Origin: Candidatus Acidiferrales bacterium
GTDB taxonomy: Bacteria; Acidobacteriota; Terriglobia; Acidiferrales; UBA7541
Assembly: GCA_963741195.1 (NCBI GenBank)
Contig: CAVUHF010000010.1
Span: forward strand, 181,436 to 245,435
Length of the DNA: 64,000 bases
Direction of reading: 5' to 3'
Numbering within the stretch: position 1 is the stretch's first letter; the number at the start of each line of letters is the position of its first letter. Positions 37,228 to 47,229 of the stretch are shown here, piece after piece. The notes below the pieces were generated by a model. That model worked only from the letters and a program-made list of their open reading frames with translations. It did no database searches and was not told where the DNA came from. The position numbers and the translations under genes are program-made.

Positions 37228-38266
37228 ATGGAAAAATTGAACTCATTCCTCGGCCGCTTTGTCGGCGATTTGGGCGCGGCCATACACACGGGCATGGTCG
37301 TGATCGGCGAAAAACTGGGCCTCTACAAAGCGCTTGCGGCAGAACTAATGACCTCCACCGAGCTCGCCGCAAAAACAAAAACCGACGAACGCTATGTCGC
37401 GAATGGCTGTCTTCCCAAACTGCGGGCGGCCATATCACCTACGATGAGAAATCGGGCAAGTTCGGCCTCACCGAAGAACAGGCGTTCACACTCGCCAACG
37501 AAGACTCTCCCGCGTATCTCCCCGGTGCCTTCCAACTGGCGCTCGGCTCTCTCGCGGCTGTTCCGCGCATCGCTGAATCCTTTCGAACTGGCGCCGGCAT
37601 GGGGTGGCATGAGCACGACGACGGCGTGTTTCACGGCTGCGAGAAATTCTTTCGCCCGGGCTACGCCGCGAATCTTGTGACCACGTGGATTCCTGCGCTC
37701 CACGACGTAAGCGGCAAACTCCAATCTAGCGCCCGAGTCGCAGACGTTGGCTGCGGCAAAGGAGCCTCCACGATTCTCATGGCAAAGGCATTCCCCAAAT
37801 CGAAGTTTTTCGGTTTCGATTATCACGACAAATTCATTGAAGGCGCACGCGAAATCGCCAAGCGGGAGGGTGTGGCCGACCGCGTCCGCTTTGAAGTAGC
37901 CAAGGCCAAGGAATTTCCGGGGAAAGACTATGACTTCGTAGCCGTCTTTGACTGCCTGCACGACATGGGCGATCCGATCGGCGCCGCGAAACACGTTCAT
38001 CAGTCACTGGGGACGGGACCTGGATGATTGTGGAACCCTTCGCCAATGATGAGTTGAAGGACAATCTCAACCCGGTGGGCCGCGTCTACTATTCTTTTTC
38101 GACTTTGCTCTGCACCCCGTGCTCTCGCTCCCAGGAGGTAGCGCTCTGTTTGGGCGCGCAATCCGGAGAAAAACGCATAAAGGAAGTGGTATCGTCGGCG
38201 GGATTCAGCCGCTTTCGACGGGCCACTGAGACGCCGTTTAACATAGTCTACGAGGCGCGGCCCTGA
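37228..38266 (+). pseudogene. wHTH + class I SAM-dependent methyltransferase, broken by two small indels (possibly sequence error)
   Basis: Three ORF pieces join into one protein: IGEKLGLYKAL..DERYV(R)EWL, VADVGCGKG, FDCLHDMGDP, MIVEP..TPFNIVYEARP. Breaks near 37398 and 38010. Confidence 0.8.
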
Positions 38267-38568
38267 GGAGCGCGGGAAGGGGTCAGTTACGAGCACGCGC
38301 CTAACTTCCTAGGTGGTTTATGAATAATAGTAATGCGCGCGATTAGTCGGGCGTCTGCCGGGACAAGGAATTTCAATAACTCACGCTTGTTCTATAAGTT
38401 ATGCTTGAGCCAGGGGCGCACCCCTCGAAGGCGGCTCAGCGCTCCTGACGTACCCTAACACTCCCCTTTGTGAGTCTAACAAAACGACATATAGTGATAC
38501 CCAAATAGAAGCCGAGTTTTCTGTGGTTCCGCCAGCGGCTCTGGCCTCGAAGGTCACTTACTCTCTCT

Positions 38569-41500
38569 ATGTGGATTGTACGATTAGCGCTCGCCAGGCC
38601 ATACACGTTCATCGTTATGGCCCTGGTCATCGTGCTCCTTACGCCGGTGGTGCTCCTACGCACGCCCACGGACATTTTCCCGGACATCAATATTCCAGTC
38701 ATTAGCCTGGTGTGGACCTACAACGGACTGCAGCCACAGGAAATGGAGCAACGCATTACCTCCAGCGTCGAGCGCGGTATCACCACTCTGGTAAACGACG
38801 TGGAGCATATCGAATCGCAATCACTCAATGGCATCGCTGTCATCAAAGTGTTCTTCCAGCCTGGCGCCAACATTCAGACCGCGCTGGCACAAACTGCCGC
38901 CATTTCGCAGACCTTCCTGCGTTTTCTTCCCCCGGGGACGACGCCACCTTTGGTGATCATCTACTCTGCCTCCACCGTTCCGGTGTTGCAGATCGGACTT
39001 ACCAGCGATCGCATGAGCGAGCAGCAGATCTTCGATTTCGGTAATAATTTCATCCGCGTGCAGCTCGCCACCGTTCAGGGAGCAGCGACGCCGTTTCCCT
39101 ATGGCGGAAAGCAGCGGCTGATATCCGTGGACATCGATTCAGCCGCGCTTCAATCAAAGGGGCTCTCTCCCGTTGACGTAGTCAACGCCGTAAATGCTCA
39201 GAATCTGATCCTCCCCACCGGGACTGCCAAGATCGGCACTCTTGAATACAACGTCGAAATGAACGGGTCTCCCCGTTCTGTCGCCGAGCTGAACGATCTC
39301 CCCGTTAAGACTGTGAACGGTTCCACGATCTATATGCGGGAAGTGGCTCACATTCGCGACGGTTTCTCGCCGCAGACCAACGTGGTGCTGGCGAATGGAC
39401 AGCGCGGCGTGCTGATGAGCATCTACAAAACCGGTAACGCCTCGACGTTGACGATCGTCGATCGCGTAAAGCAGATGCTCAGCGACTATCGCTCCAATCT
39501 TCCGGAAGGCCTGAACCTCACTACCTTTTTCGATCAATCCCTGTTCGTTCGCGCAGCCATTCAGGGCGTCATCCGTGAGGCGCTCATCGCTGCCTGTCTC
39601 ACCGCCGTCATGATATTGCTCTTTCTGGGCAACTGGAAGAGCACGCTCATCATCGCTATTTCTATTCCACTTTCCATCCTGGTCAGCATCCTCTGTCTTA
39701 GTGCGCTCGGCGAAACCATCAACATCATGACACTCGGGGGTTTGGCACTCGCCGTCGGCATCCTAGTCGACGATGCCACCGTGGAGATTGAGAACATTAA
39801 CCGCAACCTAGCCATGGGCAAGGAAACCATCCAGGCCATCCTCGATGGCGCGCAACAAATTGCCGTCCCCGCGTTCGTTTCCACCCTGTGCATCTGCATC
39901 GTATTCATCCCGATGTTCTTTCTCTCTGGGGTCGCCAAATTCCTGTTCGTGCCCTTGGCGGAAGCCGTGATTTTCGCCATGCTCGCTTCTTACATGTGGT
40001 CACGGACCATCGTTCCTACCATGGCGATGTATCTGTTGAGTGCCGAGGACGAATACCACGCCGATCAGCACGCAGGCGAGAAAATGGGTGTGTTCCGGCG
40101 CTACCAACAAGCGTTCGAGCACTCCTTTGAGCGATTTCGCGCGGGATATCGCCGGGCACTCTCCACGGCTCTCCGGCACTCCGTGCTTTTCTCGGCGCTC
40201 TTTCTTGGCTTCTGTTTGCTCTCTGGCGGTCTCACCTATTTCCTTGGTCGTGATTTCTTCCCGAGCGTCGACGCCGGCCAGATTCGTCTCCACTATCGCG
40301 CTCGAACCGGACTGCGCATCGAGGAATCCGCGAAGCTTGCCGACCAGATCAATGCAGAGATTCGCCGCACCATCCCGGAAAAAGAACTCGTCACCGTTCT
40401 CGACAATATCGGCTTGCCCTATTCAGGCATCAACCTCACCTATAGCAATGCCGGAACTATCGGCACGTCGGACGGTGAAATCCTAGTTCAATTGAAACCC
40501 GAGCGCGGCAAGCCCACCGGGGACTACATCAATGACCTTCGCAAGCGGCTCCCGAGCGAGTTCCCTGGTGTACAGTTTTTCTTTCAGCCTGCTGATATCG
40601 TTACGCAAATTCTCAACTTCGGAACACCCGCGCCGATTGACGTGCAGATTACAGGAATGAACCAGCGCGGAAATTACGACGCCGCCGTTAAGCTTGCCAG
40701 CAAGATTCAGCATGTGCCCGGGGCGGTGGATGTTCACGTTCAACAAGCGTTTGATGGGCCTACGCTGTACCTTAACATCGACCGCACGCGCGCTCAGTAC
40801 GTTGGACTGCAAACCCGCGATGTCGCGCAGAACCTACTGGTCTCTCTTTCTTCCAGTTTCCAGACTGCGCCCAGTTTCTGGCTCGATCCACGAAACGGCG
40901 TCAGTTATAGCGTCGCGGTCCAGACTCCTCAATATAAGGTCGATACTCTGCAGGCGCTGAACAACACCCCTGTTACTGGCACTCAAGCCGGAGCACAACC
41001 GCAAATTCTTGGAAATCTTGTTTCGACTTCCACTGTTGCCCGGCCCGCTTCGATCTCCCACTACAATGTCCAGCCCATGATCAACATCTACGCCTCGGTT
41101 GACGGGCGGGATCTTGGCGCCGTTTCTAATGAAGTTATCCGGCTGGCCTCGGAATTGGAAAAAGAGCTTCCGCGAGGCAGCCACCTGGTGATTCGCGGAC
41201 AGGTCCAGACCATGAAGAGTTCCTTCCTGGGTCTTGGTATCGGCCTGATTGGCGCCATCGTTCTGGCGTATCTTCTAATTGTCGTTAATTTTCAGTCGTG
41301 GCTGGATCCATTCATCATCATCACAGCACTCCCCGGAGCGCTTGCCGGAATCTGCTGGATGCTCTTCTTCACCCACACCACGCTTAGTGTTCCTTCGCTG
41401 ACGGGCGCCATCATGTGCATGGGCGTGGCAACGGCGAACAGCATCCTGATGGTGTCGTTCGCGCGCGAACAGTTGAACGAAGGGAAAATTCCATTCGACG

Positions 41501-41757
41501 CCGCGCTGGAAGCAGGCTTCGTCCGCATTCGCCCCGTCATCATGACCGCGCTTGCGATGATCATTGGCATGGTGCCCATGGCCATTGGCCTGGGAGAAGG
41601 CGGCGAGCAAAATGCTCCGCTCGGTCGCGCGGTAATCGGTGGTCTAGTCTTCGCAACATTTGCGACGCTATTCTTCGTCCCTTGCGTATTCTCGATCATT
41701 CACGGATATCTCGCGCGCCGCCGGCACCGCGGCTCCCCGCAAACGGTGACATCATGA
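38569..41757 (+). CDS. RND efflux permease (AcrB/AcrD/AcrF family)
   Basis: FPDINIPV, GGLALAVGILVDDATVEIENI, RIRPVIMTALAMIIGMVPMA, QNAPLGRAVIGG. Confidence 0.96.
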   Translation: MWIVRLALARPYTFIVMALVIVLLTPVVLLRTPTDIFPDINIPVISLVWTYNGLQPQEMEQRITSSVERGITTLVNDVEHIESQSLNGIAVIKVFFQPGANIQTALAQTAAISQTFLRFLPPGTTPPLVIIYSASTVPVLQIGLTSDRMSEQQIFDFGNNFIRVQLATVQGAATPFPYGGKQRLISVDIDSAALQSKGLSPVDVVNAVNAQNLILPTGTAKIGTLEYNVEMNGSPRSVAELNDLPVKTVNGSTIYMREVAHIRDGFSPQTNVVLANGQRGVLMSIYKTGNASTLTIVDRVKQMLSDYRSNLPEGLNLTTFFDQSLFVRAAIQGVIREALIAACLTAVMILLFLGNWKSTLIIAISIPLSILVSILCLSALGETINIMTLGGLALAVGILVDDATVEIENINRNLAMGKETIQAILDGAQQIAVPAFVSTLCICIVFIPMFFLSGVAKFLFVPLAEAVIFAMLASYMWSRTIVPTMAMYLLSAEDEYHADQHAGEKMGVFRRYQQAFEHSFERFRAGYRRALSTALRHSVLFSALFLGFCLLSGGLTYFLGRDFFPSVDAGQIRLHYRARTGLRIEESAKLADQINAEIRRTIPEKELVTVLDNIGLPYSGINLTYSNAGTIGTSDGEILVQLKPERGKPTGDYINDLRKRLPSEFPGVQFFFQPADIVTQILNFGTPAPIDVQITGMNQRGNYDAAVKLASKIQHVPGAVDVHVQQAFDGPTLYLNIDRTRAQYVGLQTRDVAQNLLVSLSSSFQTAPSFWLDPRNGVSYSVAVQTPQYKVDTLQALNNTPVTGTQAGAQPQILGNLVSTSTVARPASISHYNVQPMINIYASVDGRDLGAVSNEVIRLASELEKELPRGSHLVIRGQVQTMKSSFLGLGIGLIGAIVLAYLLIVVNFQSWLDPFIIITALPGALAGICWMLFFTHTTLSVPSLTGAIMCMGVATANSILMVSFAREQLNEGKIPFDAALEAGFVRIRPVIMTALAMIIGMVPMAIGLGEGGEQNAPLGRAVIGGLVFATFATLFFVPCVFSIIHGYLARRRHRGSPQTVTS

Positions 41758-41923
41758 GATTGATTTCGCTGGTTGACTTACAGGTGCCGAAGATTTGCCC
41801 TGGCTACAGGAAAATCGGGCAGTCTGAATCTCGAGTTCCGGTTCCGTACGGAACGGTCCCAGCGCCCCGGTTTTGCTCGATTTCCACGGGAACAGCGTCG
41901 CTGCAATCTTGGAGCATGCCACT

Positions 41924-43189
41924 ATGACAGCAGTCCCATCACACACCTCGGCCGAGCCTACGGATGATTCACAGAAGAAGAGCCCCATTTTTGCGGTCCT
42001 TTTCTTAGCTATTGCGGCTCTGGTCGTAATCGGCGCGATTCTTTTGGTCCAGCGCCGTGGCCAGTATCAGACGCTAGCCAAGGAGACGGAGATCTCGACG
42101 GTTCCGACGGTTGCCGTTATTCGACCCACAACCGAGCCGGGCAATGAGAGCCTCGTCCTACCTGGCACGCTCCAAGCCTACGTAGAATCACCGATCTACG
42201 CCCGCACCAACGGCTACCTGAAAAAATGGTATTTCGATATTGGATCGCGTGTGAACAAGGGTGCCCTGCTGGCGGAAATTGACGCGCCGGAGCTCGATCA
42301 ACAGCTTTCCCAGGCGCAAGCTGATCTGGTAACCGCCCAAGCCAATGAGAACCTTTCTCAAATAACCGCGACACGTTACACCGATCTGTTGAAAACCGAC
42401 GGCGTTTCCCGCCAGGAAGTCGACAATGCCAATGGCGACCTGGCCGCCAAGCGTGCCATCGTGCAATCCTCGGCCGCCAACGTTCGCCGTCTGGAGGAGC
42501 TTGAGTCGTTCAAGCGCATCTACGCTCCGTTTAGCGGCGTCATTACTCGCCGCAACGTCGACATCGGTACACTGATAAACGCCGGCAACGGTGGCGTCGC
42601 TCAACAGCTCTTCTTTCTCGCTCAGACCGATCCCATTCGCGTGTTCGTCAACGTGCCAGAGACTTATTCTTCCCATATTCGCCCCGGTCTCGGCGCTTAT
42701 TTGGAACTGACGCAATATCCAGGCCGAAAATTCCAAGGCAACGTAGTGCGCACGGCCGAGGCTATCGATCCAGCGGCGCGTACATTGCTTACAGAAGTGG
42801 ACGTTCCGAATAAATCGGGCGAATTGCTGCCTGGTGGATACGCCCAGGTGGATCTGCAGGTGAAGACTCCCGGCGAGCGCGTACTGGTTCCCGTGAACTC
42901 GCTGCTGTTCCGCGCCGAAGGGCTACGCGCAGTCATCGTCGGCTCCGATGACCGGGCGCGCCTTCAGCCGTTGATTATCGGCCGCGATTTCGGCACGACG
43001 CTGGAAGTTGTCAGCGGACTGAAGCCGGATCAGTGGATCGTGCTGAATCCTCCGGACTCCCTCGAAGACGGACAACAAGTCCACGTAAAGCAAGTGGCGA
43101 ACCCCACCGCGCCTGCGCCAGCTAAGGCACCGTCCGGTGACGCGGCAAAACCAGCGAACTCTGTCGCGCCAGCGGAGAAGAAGCGCTGA
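41924..43189 (+). CDS. RND periplasmic adaptor (membrane fusion protein)
   Basis: N-terminal TM, IYARTNGYL..WYFDIG, YAPFSGVITRRNVDIG, IDPAARTLL.EV. Confidence 0.94.
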   Translation: MTAVPSHTSAEPTDDSQKKSPIFAVLFLAIAALVVIGAILLVQRRGQYQTLAKETEISTVPTVAVIRPTTEPGNESLVLPGTLQAYVESPIYARTNGYLKKWYFDIGSRVNKGALLAEIDAPELDQQLSQAQADLVTAQANENLSQITATRYTDLLKTDGVSRQEVDNANGDLAAKRAIVQSSAANVRRLEELESFKRIYAPFSGVITRRNVDIGTLINAGNGGVAQQLFFLAQTDPIRVFVNVPETYSSHIRPGLGAYLELTQYPGRKFQGNVVRTAEAIDPAARTLLTEVDVPNKSGELLPGGYAQVDLQVKTPGERVLVPVNSLLFRAEGLRAVIVGSDDRARLQPLIIGRDFGTTLEVVSGLKPDQWIVLNPPDSLEDGQQVHVKQVANPTAPAPAKAPSGDAAKPANSVAPAEKKR

Positions 43190-44682
43190 TGCGTTTTCCG
43201 TTTGAGTCCAGGAACTCGTTCGCCGCACGATGCACTGCCGCGATTGCCTGCTGCATGCTGGCCGGCTGCACGGTCGGGCCAAATTATAAGAAGGCTACCG
43301 CTCCCGTACCTGCGCAATGGCAAACGACTGAGCCTTTTCGCGAAGCTGCACCCAAAGATACCATTCCGAAAACGTCGTGGTGGACCGTTTTTCACGACGG
43401 CGATCTGAACTCACTCGAAGACGAACTGCTCGCCGCGAATCAATCTCTCAAGGTCGCCCTCGCTCATTACGACCAGGCTCGCGCTTCAGCGGCCGTGCAA
43501 AACGCCGCGCTCTTCCCTACGGTAGGCTTTGACCCCGCGATTGCTGGGCAACGGTACTCCGGCACGCGCCCCACCGGATCCAACATTCCCCTTAGCGGAG
43601 CGGTGACGCAGGCAAATTACTCACTACCCTTCACGATCAGCTACGAGGTTGATCTCTTCGGCAAACGGCGCCGCACCATTGAAGCCGCGCAAGCTTCATT
43701 TCAGGCTTCCGCAGCCGACCTGGAAAACGTTCGCCTGATACTTAGCGCGGAACTCGCCGCGGATTACTTTACGATCCGGCAAATAGACACCCAGCTTTCG
43801 CTATACGCGCGCACGGTCGAGACCCTGCAGAAGGGTCTGGACCTGGTCAATTCCCGCCACACCGGCGGAGTTGCCTCTGGGCTTGATGTGGCGCAGGAAG
43901 AAACCCTGCTCAACACCACGCGTACGCAAGCCATCCTGCTCCAACAGCAGCGCAAACAATTCGAAGACGCCATTGCCGTGCTGATAGGCAAGCCCGCGCC
44001 GGACTATCATCTCGCCTCGCATGAACTCACCGCCGACCCTCCCAATATCGATACATCGCTTCCCTCGGACTTGCTTGAGCGCCGCCCAGACATCGCAGAA
44101 GCCGAACGCCAGATGGCCGTCACCAATGCACAAATCGGTGTCGCTAAGGCGGCCTACTATCCTTCGGTTGTATTGTTCGGCCAGGGTGGATGGAACTCCG
44201 CCAATATTTCGCAACTCCTGAATGCCGAATCGGCCGTCTGGGCAGTCGGCGCCAGTGTAGCGCAGGCGATTTTCACCGGAGGTGCACGCCGTGCCCAGGT
44301 GCAGTATTCTCAAGCTGGTTATGACGCGACGGTAGCAGGTTATCGCGATACCGTCCTGAATTCGTTCCGCGAAGTTCAGGACAATATATCTGGTCTGCAA
44401 ATTCTGGAGACCGCACGGAAGTCGCAAGCCGATGCTGTCTCGTCGGCGCGGCGTCAGCTCGATATTGCGAACTCCCGGTATGTGGGAGGACTGGTCAGTT
44501 ACCTGGATGTTGTGAACGCGCAACAGAATCTTCTGATCAACGAACAGGAAGCCGCCATCATCCAGGGTCAGCGACTCATCACCTCGGTGCTACTCGTAAA
44601 AGCGCTTGGCGGGGGTTGGGATGCCAGCAGCCTGGCCGCCGTTCAGGTGAAACCAAAGCTCAGCGATATCGTCGCCCCTTAG
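43189..44682 (+). CDS. RND outer-membrane factor lipoprotein (NodT/TolC family)
   Basis: Lipobox LAGCTVGPNY, SYEVDLFG, LLERRPDIAEAER, LVKALGGGW. Confidence 0.94.
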   Translation: MRFPFESRNSFAARCTAAIACCMLAGCTVGPNYKKATAPVPAQWQTTEPFREAAPKDTIPKTSWWTVFHDGDLNSLEDELLAANQSLKVALAHYDQARASAAVQNAALFPTVGFDPAIAGQRYSGTRPTGSNIPLSGAVTQANYSLPFTISYEVDLFGKRRRTIEAAQASFQASAADLENVRLILSAELAADYFTIRQIDTQLSLYARTVETLQKGLDLVNSRHTGGVASGLDVAQEETLLNTTRTQAILLQQQRKQFEDAIAVLIGKPAPDYHLASHELTADPPNIDTSLPSDLLERRPDIAEAERQMAVTNAQIGVAKAAYYPSVVLFGQGGWNSANISQLLNAESAVWAVGASVAQAIFTGGARRAQVQYSQAGYDATVAGYRDTVLNSFREVQDNISGLQILETARKSQADAVSSARRQLDIANSRYVGGLVSYLDVVNAQQNLLINEQEAAIIQGQRLITSVLLVKALGGGWDASSLAAVQVKPKLSDIVAP

Positions 44683-44740
44683 TCGGCCGCTTTGCTTCCG
44701 CTTTTGGCAAGCCCCCGTCATTCCACAGCCATTTCGTCGA

Positions 44741-44786
44741 ACTACGAAGATTTTCGTTGACACTACGAATCCCTTCGTAGTAGCCT
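44741..44786 (+). promoter_or_regulatory. blaI-like promoter with tandem palindromic operators
   Basis: ACTACGAA-N4-TTCGTTGA (44741-44760) and perfect ACTACGAA-N4-TTCGTAGT (44762-44781); TTGACA 44757-62; TAGCCT 44781-86. Confidence 0.75.
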
Positions 44787-44792
44787 TTGCCC

Positions 44793-45182
44793 ATGGCTAC
44801 TCATGCAACCCAGAAACCGACCACTTCCGAGCTGGAAATCCTCCACATTCTCTGGGATCGCGGGCCTTCCACTGTTCGCGAAGTTCACCAGGCACTGAAC
44901 GAAGAACGACCTCTTGGCTATACCACCGTCTTAAAGCTTATGCAGATCATGACCGCCAAGGGTACCGTCCGCCGTAATGAAGAACAACGGGCCCACGTCT
45001 ACGAAGCCGTGCAGCCGGCCGAGAAGACCAAGCGTCAGCTGGCTCTCGATGTGCTTCAGCGGGTGTTTGACGGTTCGGCCAGCGAACTCATGATGCACGC
45101 CCTCGCTGGCCGCAAAGGTTCCAAAGCAGAAGTGGAAGAGTTGCGCCGTCTGCTGAACGAATACGAAAGGAAGCTCCGATGA
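44793..45182 (+). CDS. BlaI/MecI/CopY-family transcriptional repressor
   Basis: PTTSELEILHILWDRGPSTVREVH, YTTVLKLMQIMTAKG, RAHVYEA, VFDGSASELM. Confidence 0.95.
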   Translation: MATHATQKPTTSELEILHILWDRGPSTVREVHQALNEERPLGYTTVLKLMQIMTAKGTVRRNEEQRAHVYEAVQPAEKTKRQLALDVLQRVFDGSASELMMHALAGRKGSKAEVEELRRLLNEYERKLR

Positions 45183-47212
45183 ATCTCCTTGCGCATTTGC
45201 TCTCGCCCGAAATCATGCGAATCGTCGCGCTCACGCTTCTTCATTTCCTGTGGCAGGGAGCCGCACTCGCAGCCGCGTGCTACATGGGCATCTCGCTCTT
45301 GCGCAACGCGTCTATTCGTTACGCCTTATCTGTTGCCGTGCTGGTGTTGATGTTTGCCGCGCCGGTGGCAACCTTTCTGATTCTTTCCGCGCAGCCACCG
45401 GCTGAGACTTCAAGCAGCGTCACCGCGATTGGCTCGGGCTCGGCAGCTGCGCAGGACGTTCATTTGACCGCAAGCACGCCGAGGTCGACGGCTCTCTTTA
45501 AGACCGCGCCGGATTATTTCCTGGTGCTGGTGGAATTGTGGTTCGCGGGCGTCGTGCTCTTCAGCTTGCGCTCTGCCGGCGGTTTCTTATTGATGGAACG
45601 CCTTCGCCGCAAGGAGTCGACTCCCGTTTCCCGCGAACTGCTGGATCTTTGCAGGGCCCTGCAGCAAAAAATGGGCATTCAGAGAATTGTGCGTTACTGC
45701 GAATCGCTGCAATTTGACACGCCGGTCGTGATCGGCTGGATTCGCCCGGTCGTTCTTCTACCTGTGACCGCTATGAGCGGCCTGAATGAAGCGCAATTGC
45801 GGGCGCTCATCGCCCACGAACTGGCGCACATCCAACGACTGGATGTATTCGTTAACCTGTTCCAAATCGCAGTGGAGTCACTGCTGTTCTACCATCCAGC
45901 GGTCTGGTGGCTGGGCCGGCGCATTCGCGAAGAACGCGAGAATTGCTGCGATGATGCAGCGGTCGCCGCATGCGGAAGTCCGGTCACGTACGCGCATGCT
46001 CTGGCACATCTGGCCGAATCGCGAACCGCGCCACAATTGGTCATGGCCGTTAACCGAGGGCCTCTCGCCGCTCGTGTCGCTCGGCTGCTCGGAGTTGACG
46101 ACTCCGGCAGCGGGCGCCGCAGCGCGGATCTTTCCGCAGGAGTTCTCTGCTTCTCCGCGGCTCTTCTCGCCGGTAGCGCTCTGATCGGCGCGGCACACAT
46201 CGTTCATGCACAAACACCACCGCAACCCGAAGCTCCTGCGGCCCCCGTCGCTCCAGTAACCACACCAGTTGTTGCGCTAGCCCCGGCTCCTCCACGCGCT
46301 CCGAGCTCCACGATTGCCGTAAGGGTGCCGGTCATCGTGCATGTCCTTGGCCTTACTGCTCCAGCCGCGCCGGTAGTTGCTCGTGTGGCGGTCCCGGATC
46401 CTGCGCCGTCGGCGGTACCTTCACCGATGCCAAGGACCGCGCCAAGCCCGGTTGCCCTGCCGCAAATCATCGCCTACAGTGCGGCAACTCCGCAGGCAGA
46501 GACGCCTCAACCAGCACAGAGCTATATCGACGGCATGAAATCTGCAGGGTTAACGGACCTTTCCGTCGATCAGCTGATTTCGCTCAGGATTCAAGGCGTC
46601 ACTCCGGAATATGTGAAGCAAATGCACGAAATCGGACTTCATCCTGATGCCGACGAGCTGATTGGGATGAAGGTCCAGGGCATCACTCCGGACTATGTTC
46701 GCGGAATGCGAGCTGCTACGGGGCAGACTCTCGACGTCGACAGTCTTATCGGGCTCAAGGTCCAAGGCGTCACTCCCGAATACATCAAGCAGATCCACGA
46801 CCTCGGGATGAAGACAGATGCCGACGAGGTCATCGGAATGAAAGTGCAAGGTGTGACCCCGGAATATGTACGGGAAATGCGCGGGCTCGGCCTGAAAGTC
46901 GATTCCGACGACATCATTGGAATGAAGGTCCAAGGCGTCACTCCCGATTACATGAAAAGCATCAGCGCTCTCGGCTTTCATCCCTCAGCCGATGAACTGA
47001 TCGGAATGAAAGTGCAGGGTGTGGACGCGGCTTACCTGCAGGAACTGCAATCTGCTGGCTTCAAGGTGGATATCGACGACGCCATCGGCGCCAAGGTCCA
47101 GGGCATTACGCCGGAGTTCATTCAGAAGGTGCGCAACCACGGCTTTAAGGACCTGTCACTGGAACAACTGATTTCTCTGAAACACTCCGGCGTTTTGGAT
47201 GCAGCGAAGTGA
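45179..47212 (+). CDS. M56 (BlaR1/MecR1-like) metallopeptidase with Pro/Ala linker and eight C-terminal 28-29 aa repeats
   Basis: HFLWQG, TPVVIGWIRPVVLLP, AHELAHIQRLD, YHPAVWW, ERENCCDD; repeats of the form EYVxxMxxxGLxxDxDxLIGMKVQGVTP. Confidence 0.92.
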   Translation: MNLLAHLLSPEIMRIVALTLLHFLWQGAALAAACYMGISLLRNASIRYALSVAVLVLMFAAPVATFLILSAQPPAETSSSVTAIGSGSAAAQDVHLTASTPRSTALFKTAPDYFLVLVELWFAGVVLFSLRSAGGFLLMERLRRKESTPVSRELLDLCRALQQKMGIQRIVRYCESLQFDTPVVIGWIRPVVLLPVTAMSGLNEAQLRALIAHELAHIQRLDVFVNLFQIAVESLLFYHPAVWWLGRRIREERENCCDDAAVAACGSPVTYAHALAHLAESRTAPQLVMAVNRGPLAARVARLLGVDDSGSGRRSADLSAGVLCFSAALLAGSALIGAAHIVHAQTPPQPEAPAAPVAPVTTPVVALAPAPPRAPSSTIAVRVPVIVHVLGLTAPAAPVVARVAVPDPAPSAVPSPMPRTAPSPVALPQIIAYSAATPQAETPQPAQSYIDGMKSAGLTDLSVDQLISLRIQGVTPEYVKQMHEIGLHPDADELIGMKVQGITPDYVRGMRAATGQTLDVDSLIGLKVQGVTPEYIKQIHDLGMKTDADEVIGMKVQGVTPEYVREMRGLGLKVDSDDIIGMKVQGVTPDYMKSISALGFHPSADELIGMKVQGVDAAYLQELQSAGFKVDIDDAIGAKVQGITPEFIQKVRNHGFKDLSLEQLISLKHSGVLDAAK

Positions 47213-47229
47213 GTTGGGAAGGAGACACC

